Shown here: piece by piece, positions 1 through 8,347 of the stretch
Layout: the number at the start of each line of letters is the position of its first letter
How positions within the stretch are numbered: the stretch's first letter is position 1
Assembly (NCBI GenBank): GCA_001776935.1
Contig: MFDN01000001.1
Span: 101,449 to 165,448 of the forward strand
Direction: 5' to 3'
Source: Candidatus Daviesbacteria bacterium RIFCSPLOWO2_01_FULL_39_23
Lineage (GTDB): Bacteria; Patescibacteriota; Microgenomatia; Daviesbacterales; UBA10151
DNA: 64,000 bases
The notes under the pieces: model-generated
The model's input: the letters and a program-made list of their open reading frames with translations, nothing else
The model's database searches: none
What the model was told of the DNA's origin: nothing
Made by a program: the position numbers and the translations under genes

Positions 1-1407
1 GTAAGTTTTTTAGGTGCTTTCATATTTATGTATCTTTTAGTATCTAAACTCTTTGGCAAAATGGGCGGATTAATTTCTGCCCTTTTTTATAGTTTTGCGC
101 CTTATCACGCTCTGGATTTCTACGTTAGGGGAGCAATGGGTGAAATGTGGGCGCTTATGTTATTCCCGGCTGTTTTTTGGGCAATCCTCAAGCTAGAAGA
201 AAAACCCAATTTAACTCACCTCTTGCTGCTTGGAGTATTTAGCGGATTTTTCTTAATTTCTCATAATTTATCGGTAATGATTTTCTTGCCAGTACTTCTG
301 ATTTGGATTATTTTGTTATTCTGGAAACAGAGAAACCTAAAATTCCTTTGGTATACATCTTTTGCATTTTTAATAGGCTTAACATTATCCGCTTTTTATA
401 TTTTGCCAATGATTATTGAGAAGAATTTAGTTCATGTAGATTCCACAACTTCAGGATATTTTTCGTATACAGAGCATTTTAAAGGATTTAAAAAACTATT
501 TTTGGAAAGAACGTGGGGATATGGTGCATCCGTAAGAGAAGTTCCGGGTGGAGAAAGGGACGGATTGTCTTATCAAATAGGGTGGTTGCATCTTTTGGGA
601 TGGCTTATTGCAATAATATCGGCAAAAACTTTATGGAGGAAAAATAAGTGGTTAAGCGTGGTGATTATATCTTTTTCCTTTTTAACCTTATTTGCCATAT
701 TTATGGTTAATCCAAGATCGCAAGCTGTTTGGGATGCAATTGAGCCGTTAAAATACTTACAATTTCCATGGCGCTTTCTTGTTTTAATAACCTTTTTTAT
801 TCCGTTTATGCTAGGAAGTTTTTCTCTCCTGCATTTTAGAGGTAAAAATTTACTTTTCGGGTCTTTAGTTTTAATGGTAGTTGTTTTGAACTTTTCCTAT
901 TTCAGGCCGGAAAAGTTTATTCAAACTGATGACGAAAAACTTTTAATGGGTGATAATTGGGAAAGACAAATAAAAAGATCAATTTTTGATTTTCTTCCTA
1001 TATTTGCCAAAGAACCCCCGGCAGAACTTGCAGAAAGAAGGTATCAAATTCTAACTGGTGATAGTGATGTTTTTGATTTTACCGAAGGGACAAATTCGAT
1101 TTCTTTTAAGACAGATACCCGCACACATACTATTATTCGTCTTTCCCAATATTATTTCCCAGATTGGAAAATATATGTAGATGGTGTTGAAACTAAGGTG
1201 GAGTACAAAAATAATAGCTTGGGTCTTATGACATTTATTTTGGGAAAAGGGAATCACGAGATTTCTGCAAGGCTTTATGATACTCCTATTAGGTCGTTTG
1301 CGAATTTATTGACTCTTGGAGGCTTTGTGTTTAGTGCAGTACTGTTTTTGAGTTCTTTTAGCAGAGTCCGAAAATGGTTCCGTTATTACAGAGAAAGAAT
1401 GAGTTAA
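1..1407 (+). CDS. GT-C-type membrane protein (YfhO / PTPS-related membrane protein family), 5'-truncated by the window
   Basis: Frame is open from base 1; many TM helices; family-typical motifs APYH..D.YVRG..GE, LQFPWRFL and C-terminal YYFPDWKIYVDG. Confidence 0.7.
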   Translation, partial: VSFLGAFIFMYLLVSKLFGKMGGLISALFYSFAPYHALDFYVRGAMGEMWALMLFPAVFWAILKLEEKPNLTHLLLLGVFSGFFLISHNLSVMIFLPVLLIWIILLFWKQRNLKFLWYTSFAFLIGLTLSAFYILPMIIEKNLVHVDSTTSGYFSYTEHFKGFKKLFLERTWGYGASVREVPGGERDGLSYQIGWLHLLGWLIAIISAKTLWRKNKWLSVVIISFSFLTLFAIFMVNPRSQAVWDAIEPLKYLQFPWRFLVLITFFIPFMLGSFSLLHFRGKNLLFGSLVLMVVVLNFSYFRPEKFIQTDDEKLLMGDNWERQIKRSIFDFLPIFAKEPPAELAERRYQILTGDSDVFDFTEGTNSISFKTDTRTHTIIRLSQYYFPDWKIYVDGVETKVEYKNNSLGLMTFILGKGNHEISARLYDTPIRSFANLLTLGGFVFSAVLFLSSFSRVRKWFRYYRERMS

Positions 1408-1413
1408 GTAAAT

Positions 1414-2892
1414 ATGAATGAAAGAGTTGAGCCAATAGATCCAACCCAGGAGTTTACTGCAGATGTTATAAAAAAAAGAGCAGTCAAAGGTGCAGCAATA
1501 TTAACAGGAAGAAATGTTTTAATTCAGGTTGTCTCTTTTTTTTCTACAGCCTTATTGACTATTTTTCTTGCTCCTTCCGAATTTGGTGTGTTTTTTTTGG
1601 TCTCAGCTGTAAAAAACTTTTTGGCTTATTTTAGCGATATCGGTTTTGCAGCAGCATTAATTCAAAAAAGAGAGAAATTAGAAGCTGTAGAGTTAAAAAC
1701 AGTCTTTACAGTGCAACAGGCGTTAATTGTTTTGTTGCTTATTGTGGTTTTTATATCTACGCCTTTAATTAAAAATATTTATAATTTAGATCAGAAAGCA
1801 GTTTATTTGCTTTGGGCACTTACTTTTTCTTTGCTTTTCTCCTCGCTTAAAACCATCCCCTCAGTTTTGATGGAAAGAAAATTGGAGTTTAATAAATGGG
1901 TAATTCCTCAAATTATTGAGACAATTGTTTTTAATTTGACGGCGGTTTATTTGGCTTGGAGAGGATTTGGTATAACAAGTTACACTGTCGCGGTATTGTT
2001 ATCCGGGCTTTTGGGACTTGTGATAACTTATATTGTGCAACCCTGGTTTCCCAGATTTGCATTTTCTCTTAAAGCTTTTAAATCGGTATTGAAATTTGGT
2101 GTTCCCTATCAGGTTAATACTCTTCTTGCGATGATAAAAGATGATGGTATGACTCTGTTTTTGGGGGTAATAATCGGTCCGCAAGGAGTGGGGCTTTTGG
2201 GGTGGGCGCAAAAGTGGGCATATGCACCATTACGGTTTTTTATGGATCAGGTGATAAAAGTTACATTCCCTGCATTTTCCAGGCTGCAGGATGATAAGGC
2301 TGCTTTGTCGGATTTAGTGACAAAATCGATATTTTTTGTATGCCTTCTAGTTTTTCCCGCTTTAGTTATACTTGTATTAGTGGCGCCGATTTTAGTGCAG
2401 ATTATTCCCAAATATATTAAATGGAGTCCTGCCCTGTTTGCGCTTTCTATTTTGGCGCTTACTTCTGCTCTTGCAGCTATTACTACACCTTTAACTAACA
2501 CTCTAAATGCAATAGGCAAGATATATTTAACTTTTAAGCTAATGATTATGTGGACTTTTCTTACCTGGGCTTTTGTCCCTCTTTTTGCTTATTTTTTTGG
2601 TTTAAATGGAGCCGCAATTGGATTTACCCTTGTGGGGTTAAGTTCTTTTGTTGCATTGCGTTTGGTTTCTAAACATGTTGATATAAACTACAAAAGAAGC
2701 GTTGGAAAGCCGTTGCTTGCCTCAATCGTAATGGGGGTTTTGGTATTCCTGACAGGAGGGTTGTTGCCAGCATCATTTCAACAAGTAATTATAATGATTG
2801 TCTTAGGTTTTGTCATTTATCTTTTCACAATTTTTGCCCTTGAACCAAATCTAAAAACCTTAATTATCAATCAAATGAAAAAAAGACAATGA
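1414..2892 (+). CDS. wzx: Wzx-type oligosaccharide flippase (MOP/PST family)
   Basis: 492 aa, about 12-14 TM; L.PSEFG, D.GFAAALIQ and VTFPAFSRLQDD motifs typical of WzxC-like flippases. Confidence 0.85.
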   Translation: MNERVEPIDPTQEFTADVIKKRAVKGAAILTGRNVLIQVVSFFSTALLTIFLAPSEFGVFFLVSAVKNFLAYFSDIGFAAALIQKREKLEAVELKTVFTVQQALIVLLLIVVFISTPLIKNIYNLDQKAVYLLWALTFSLLFSSLKTIPSVLMERKLEFNKWVIPQIIETIVFNLTAVYLAWRGFGITSYTVAVLLSGLLGLVITYIVQPWFPRFAFSLKAFKSVLKFGVPYQVNTLLAMIKDDGMTLFLGVIIGPQGVGLLGWAQKWAYAPLRFFMDQVIKVTFPAFSRLQDDKAALSDLVTKSIFFVCLLVFPALVILVLVAPILVQIIPKYIKWSPALFALSILALTSALAAITTPLTNTLNAIGKIYLTFKLMIMWTFLTWAFVPLFAYFFGLNGAAIGFTLVGLSSFVALRLVSKHVDINYKRSVGKPLLASIVMGVLVFLTGGLLPASFQQVIIMIVLGFVIYLFTIFALEPNLKTLIINQMKKRQ

Positions 2893-5800
2893 AAAAAATA
2901 CTCTTGCTCTTTTTGCTATTACTGGTGCCTATTCTTTTTGTTCCTTCTGCTTTCGCTCAAAATAAATCATTTATCTCAATAATAAATCCCATAAGAGGTC
3001 AGGATTTTTGGGATATAAAAGAGCAAAAACCAGAGACGGCAGTAGCAGGGCAAATTACCATTTTGAATAATTTCAATTTAGTAGCTACCTGGCTACTGCG
3101 GTTTGATGCTCTTGATGATAAAAATATTATTAATATTTTAAACGAAAGGCCGAAGGATGAGAAAGGGTTGTTTTTAGAAATTACTCCAACCTGGACAACG
3201 CAGGCTAAAATCGAATACCGGAAATCCGACAGCTGGCATGCAGCTGGAAGTGCTTTTTTAACAGGTTACGAGCTAAATGAGCGGAAAAAACTGATAGATG
3301 CAGCTTTTGAGAAATTTGAAAATACCTTTGGATATTATCCATCTTCAGTTGGAGCTTGGTGGATAGACAGCTATTCTTTAAGTTATATGCAGGAAAAGTA
3401 TGCAGTATCCTCGGCGTTGATTGTTTCTGATCAATACTCAACAGACAATTATCAAATTTGGGGACAATATTTTTCAACACCATACTATCCTGCCAAAAAT
3501 AATGCTCTTCACCCTGCGAAAAGTTTAGAGAATAAACTTGATGTTGTAATGGTGCAGTGGGCACAGAGAGACCCTGTAAACAGCTATGGCAATGGAGTAA
3601 CAGAAAGCACGTATAGCGTGCAGGCAAATGATTATATGGACTATCACAGTCTAGGTGTAGATTACTTTTCAAAACTTATTGATATTTATACAAAACAAAA
3701 GTTTAATCGGTTTAACCATTTGGTAGTAGGCCTTGAAAACTCCTATGAATGGAATAAATATTTGGGAGAATATAAGAACCAAATTGAGGTTTTGAGGAAG
3801 AAGAGTGATTCTGGTCAGTTAGCTGTAGTTTCCATGAAAGATTTTGCCTCTTGGTATAAATCAGCTTTTCGGGAACTTTCTCCAAAGCAGTTAATTGTGG
3901 CAGATGATCCCCTAGGCTCTTTTAAGAAAGTTGTTTGGTTTATGAATCCATATTATCGAGCTGGATGGTTTTATAATACTGATGGAAGTGTGTTTAGGGA
4001 TATCAGGCAATATATAGAAGGAGAAGAAGAAATTTGTTTCAAAAAAAGCTGCAAAGAAGTTAATTTTGCAACTTTTGCTACACGAGTTTTAGATGAGGTA
4101 AGTTTTGGACATAAATGGATAATAGATGAGGGTAAAATTTCTGAATTTGAAGTTTCTGAAAAAGATGATAGTTTCGTCCTAAGCTATGTAAATGAGGCAG
4201 GGAAGGATAGAGAAATTGAATTTTTGCCCCGAGATTTGCGTGTAAACGGGAAGGTTTCTTCAATAGATGGGGCGATTCTTGACGCTATAAAACAGGATAC
4301 CTTAATTTCAAAAGAGAAAAAAGAATTTCCCGATAAAGAATTTAATTGGACTATTAGTGGTGTTTTATCTAAGACAATTAGATTTTTATTATTTTTAATA
4401 TTTATTTGTGTGGTACCGGGGTTTGTCGTAACTAATAAGTTATTGGAGAAAAATGATTCTACTTTGCGCAGGATATTTTTAGCCTTGACGGTTGGCGGTG
4501 TTTTATTGACTATAATTTTTTATATAACAAGTCTTTTGAATTTGAGATTTTTGATCTTTGTCTATATTTTTACCGCTTTATTGCTCTTTTTTAGGATGCA
4601 AAGGTCTAGTTTTTCTAAAATTAAATTAGGGAAAAATTGGGATAAATTAAATATAATAACAATGCTTATTGTTATATCTGGGTCGCTTTTTCAAAATATC
4701 CCCAGTTTTAAAAACGGTTTAGTATTCTCGTTTGGAATGGGGCTTTGGGGACCTAATACACACGATGGAATCTGGCATATAAGTTTAATTAATCAGTTGC
4801 TTCGGGGAATACCTGTTGAAAATCCTATCTATGCCGGTACCATTCTAAAAAATTATCACTTTTTCTATGACTTGTTGATTGCAGCGACAGCTTATTTTAC
4901 TAAAATTCCCATTATAGATTTAGTTTTTAGATTTTATCCTGTACTTTTTTCTTTGTTTTTAGGCATAGGTTCTTATCACCTGGTGATGAAGCTTTTCTTG
5001 GGCAGGATGGGAGTTGTAAAGACAAAAGTTGCCGCAATATTAAGTTTATTTTTCATCTACTTTGCAGGAAGCTTTGGATGGATTGCAGAATATTTGCGGG
5101 GAAAAACTTTTGGTGGTGAATCTGCATTTTGGGCTAATCAATCAATTTCATTTAATTTAAATCCGCCTTTTGCAATCTCACTAATTATTATTATTGCCTT
5201 TTTAAACCTTTTGTTAAACAGAAAAACAATGGGAAGCCGGATGGGAATTTTTGTATCAACACTATTATTAGGAAGCTTAGTGGGATTTAAAGCGTATGCT
5301 GCTGTTTTGGCAATATCTTCACTACTTTTTATATCTCTTATAAATATATTTAAGAAGGAATATTCATATCTTTTGATTTCCGCATTTTCGTTATTTTTTT
5401 CTTTTTTTGTGTTTCTGTTTAATTTTCAATCTAATGCGCAACTTATGATTTTTTCTCCGTTTTGGTTGATTCATTCGATGATTGATTCACCGGATCGGGT
5501 AGGATGGACTAAGCTGTCAATTGCAAGAATAGCTGGTTTAGAAACGAAAAATTGGTTTAAATTTCTCTCTGTGGAAGCTATAAGTCTATTAATATTTATT
5601 GCCGGGAACTTAGGCGTAAGGATTTTAAGTCTGGGGTCACTAGTAAAAATAAAAGATATAGTTAAAGATAATAATCTTCTGTTTATTTTAGTATTTACGA
5701 TTTTATCTTTTTTGATACCGATATTTTTTATCCAATCAGGAAACCCCTGGAATGTAATCCAATTTTCTTATTACGGTCTTTATGTAACGGCTCTTGCTAC

Positions 5801-6341
5801 TGGTCCGATTTTAGCTTATTTAATTTTTAGGTTGCCTAAATTATTATCTTTTTTAATAATACTTGGGGTCTTGGTATTAACACCAATTAATTCAGTTACT
5901 ACTGCTACCTACTATTTAGGATTTTTACCTCATGGCAGAATCGATAACAAAGAATTAGAAGCCTTGAATTTTCTATTTAAGCAGGAATACGGGACTGTGT
6001 TGACTTATCCTTATGATAGGAGATTACAGCAAAAAATATCGGAACCTTGGCCTCTGTTTGCCTATGATAGTACTGCTTATGTAGCAGCTTTATCAGGCAA
6101 AGCAGTTTTTTTGGAAGATGAAGGGCAAAATCAGATTCTTTTAACTGATTATAAAAGAAGGCTTATTGCTGCTAAAGATTTTTTTCAAAGCAATTTTCTT
6201 GATGGGAATACGTTCTTGGAGAATAATAAAATTAAATATATTTATATTCCAAAAGCTTTCAAGATTCGCATGGAAGGTTCGTCATTAAGTGTTAAAAATA
6301 TTTTTGAAAATGATGAGGTGATAATTTACAGTGTAATCTAA
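2889..6341 (+). CDS. Fusion: signal peptide + extracytoplasmic hydrolase/deacetylase-like barrel domain + GT-C membrane domain
   Basis: N-terminal AFA signal peptide; about 460 aa soluble domain (TWLLRFDAL, GLFLEIT, FGYYPSSVGAWWID); C-terminal half paralogous to 6341 and 8344 (HDGIWHI, NYHFFYD). Confidence 0.65.
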   Translation: MKKILLLFLLLLVPILFVPSAFAQNKSFISIINPIRGQDFWDIKEQKPETAVAGQITILNNFNLVATWLLRFDALDDKNIINILNERPKDEKGLFLEITPTWTTQAKIEYRKSDSWHAAGSAFLTGYELNERKKLIDAAFEKFENTFGYYPSSVGAWWIDSYSLSYMQEKYAVSSALIVSDQYSTDNYQIWGQYFSTPYYPAKNNALHPAKSLENKLDVVMVQWAQRDPVNSYGNGVTESTYSVQANDYMDYHSLGVDYFSKLIDIYTKQKFNRFNHLVVGLENSYEWNKYLGEYKNQIEVLRKKSDSGQLAVVSMKDFASWYKSAFRELSPKQLIVADDPLGSFKKVVWFMNPYYRAGWFYNTDGSVFRDIRQYIEGEEEICFKKSCKEVNFATFATRVLDEVSFGHKWIIDEGKISEFEVSEKDDSFVLSYVNEAGKDREIEFLPRDLRVNGKVSSIDGAILDAIKQDTLISKEKKEFPDKEFNWTISGVLSKTIRFLLFLIFICVVPGFVVTNKLLEKNDSTLRRIFLALTVGGVLLTIIFYITSLLNLRFLIFVYIFTALLLFFRMQRSSFSKIKLGKNWDKLNIITMLIVISGSLFQNIPSFKNGLVFSFGMGLWGPNTHDGIWHISLINQLLRGIPVENPIYAGTILKNYHFFYDLLIAATAYFTKIPIIDLVFRFYPVLFSLFLGIGSYHLVMKLFLGRMGVVKTKVAAILSLFFIYFAGSFGWIAEYLRGKTFGGESAFWANQSISFNLNPPFAISLIIIIAFLNLLLNRKTMGSRMGIFVSTLLLGSLVGFKAYAAVLAISSLLFISLINIFKKEYSYLLISAFSLFFSFFVFLFNFQSNAQLMIFSPFWLIHSMIDSPDRVGWTKLSIARIAGLETKNWFKFLSVEAISLLIFIAGNLGVRILSLGSLVKIKDIVKDNNLLFILVFTILSFLIPIFFIQSGNPWNVIQFSYYGLYVTALATGPILAYLIFRLPKLLSFLIILGVLVLTPINSVTTATYYLGFLPHGRIDNKELEALNFLFKQEYGTVLTYPYDRRLQQKISEPWPLFAYDSTAYVAALSGKAVFLEDEGQNQILLTDYKRRLIAAKDFFQSNFLDGNTFLENNKIKYIYIPKAFKIRMEGSSLSVKNIFENDEVIIYSVI

Positions 6342-8347
6342 TGTTAGCCATTCTTTTTCTAAATCTTTTTATATTTATTTTTTTAGTATTTTTAACTATT
6401 TTCCTGCCCGGTTTGCTATTTTTGTCAAAGGTATATAGAAAAATAAATAAAGTTGAAATTATTTCACTCTCTTTTTGTTTAGGAATTGTTTTATTTGTAG
6501 GTTTAGGAATTATTTTGGGGTTTATTCATTTAAGATTTTTATTATTGCCTACCCTATTAATATTGGGGTTTTTATCCATAATAAAATTTAGGAAATTTGC
6601 CTTTTCTGTGTGGACAAGCTTTAGGACAGATAAGCTTTTGCTTTTGATTATCTTGGCCGGTATTTTAATGCAGGGATTCATTAGCTTCCCGAGCGGGTAT
6701 CATTATAAGGAAGGGTTGCTATTTTGGAGTTCTCAGGGGTTTGATGGTTTTTGGCATATTTCTATAATGGAGGAAATAAAAAAAGAATTTCCGCCCCAGA
6801 TTCCTACTTTTGCAGGAGAGAAATTGGTAAACTATCATTTTCTTTCCGATATTTTGATGGGAGAATTTGCTAGGATTTTTTCTTTTTTTTCATCATTGGA
6901 TTTATATTTTAGGTTTTTCCCGGTGTTATTTTCCTTCCTGATGGGTATTAGTGTGTTTGCTTTTGTCCAGAAATGGCAAAATAGAAAGATCGCTTACTGG
7001 GCGCTAATTTTTACCTATTTTACAGGCAGTTTCGGATATGTTATTACCTTTCTAAGAAACGGACAATTATTTGGGGGCGAAACCGTTTTTTGGGCTGCCC
7101 AACTAAATACAGTGATTGCGAATCCGCCGCACGCAGTTGCCATTAGTCTTTTGCTTTCTTTTTTATTATCTCTCTTGCTTTTTTTTGAGGAAAGAAAAAA
7201 AATTTGGTTTTTTATTACAATTGTTTGCGCCTTAATGATTGCTGGTTTTAAGGTGTCTGCGGGTGTAGTTCTTTTGGCAGGTTTAGGTGCCGCTGCTTTG
7301 GTTGATCTTATTGTGAACCGAAAGCTGGATTTATTCTATTTACTTATTACTCTTGGGGTATCAAATTTTGCCGTTATAAAATTTATGACTAAAGGAGTGG
7401 GGGAATATTTAATTTGGGAACCTTGGTGGTTTATTAGAACAATGGTGGTAGCCAAATTGGATTGGATGGATTTGGAGTTAAGGAGGCAGCACTATGCATC
7501 AAAGGGAACGTGGCATTCCTGGCTTAGGGTTTTACAGATAGAAATAATGGCTTTTTCCATATTTTTGGTTGGGAATCTAGGAATGAGAGTAATTGGATTT
7601 ATAGAAATATTTAAAAAAATATTATTAAAAAAACAATGGCTTTATAATAAACCTTTTGAAGCAGGCATTTTGGCGATGATGCTCACTGGCTTTATAATCC
7701 CACTATTTTTTCTGCAAAAGGGGATTGCGTACAATACCGTTCAGTTTATGCAATATTTTTTGCTGTTTTTTGGTTTTTACGGCGCTATTGCAACGGAGAA
7801 AATAAGTGAGCAAATAAAAAATAAGCTGTTTAGGTTCCTCTTTGTAATACTTGTGATTATTCTTTCTGTACCGACAGTGATTGGCAATCTTGTAGAATTT
7901 TACGGACCGGGGAAAACACCTTTGGCAAAGATTTCAAATGAAGAGATGGAGGCATTGCAATTCTTAAGGACTCATTCGGAGGAAGATGACATAATCCTGA
8001 ACCCATCTTTTGATAAATCCTTAAAGGATAGATACAATTCCCAGCCTTTTCCTATATATGCCTGGTACAGTACCGGGTACATCTCCGGTCTTACAGGACG
8101 AAGGACGTATCTTTCATTAGAAGAAATGGTGATCCAGACAGGATTTGATTATGAAGGACGAGTTTTAAAAGTAAATAGTTTTTTTGAAAAAAATGATACT
8201 TTAGCCAATAGAAAATTGCTTAAGGAAGAAGGGATTAGTTTTGTGTATATTCCGAAGGATCAATTAAAGGCGCAACTGGATTTAAAACAAAATTACCTGG
8301 ATCTTATTTTTGAAAACTCAGAAGTAATAATTTACAAAGTAATTTAA
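6341..8347 (+). CDS. GT-C-type membrane glycosyltransferase (paralogue family A)
   Basis: Multi-TM; DG.WHI..M.EI.K..P....FAGEKLVNYHF..D motif shared with 2889 and 8344; soluble C-terminal domain. Confidence 0.65.
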   Translation: MLAILFLNLFIFIFLVFLTIFLPGLLFLSKVYRKINKVEIISLSFCLGIVLFVGLGIILGFIHLRFLLLPTLLILGFLSIIKFRKFAFSVWTSFRTDKLLLLIILAGILMQGFISFPSGYHYKEGLLFWSSQGFDGFWHISIMEEIKKEFPPQIPTFAGEKLVNYHFLSDILMGEFARIFSFFSSLDLYFRFFPVLFSFLMGISVFAFVQKWQNRKIAYWALIFTYFTGSFGYVITFLRNGQLFGGETVFWAAQLNTVIANPPHAVAISLLLSFLLSLLLFFEERKKIWFFITIVCALMIAGFKVSAGVVLLAGLGAAALVDLIVNRKLDLFYLLITLGVSNFAVIKFMTKGVGEYLIWEPWWFIRTMVVAKLDWMDLELRRQHYASKGTWHSWLRVLQIEIMAFSIFLVGNLGMRVIGFIEIFKKILLKKQWLYNKPFEAGILAMMLTGFIIPLFFLQKGIAYNTVQFMQYFLLFFGFYGAIATEKISEQIKNKLFRFLFVILVIILSVPTVIGNLVEFYGPGKTPLAKISNEEMEALQFLRTHSEEDDIILNPSFDKSLKDRYNSQPFPIYAWYSTGYISGLTGRRTYLSLEEMVIQTGFDYEGRVLKVNSFFEKNDTLANRKLLKEEGISFVYIPKDQLKAQLDLKQNYLDLIFENSEVIIYKVI

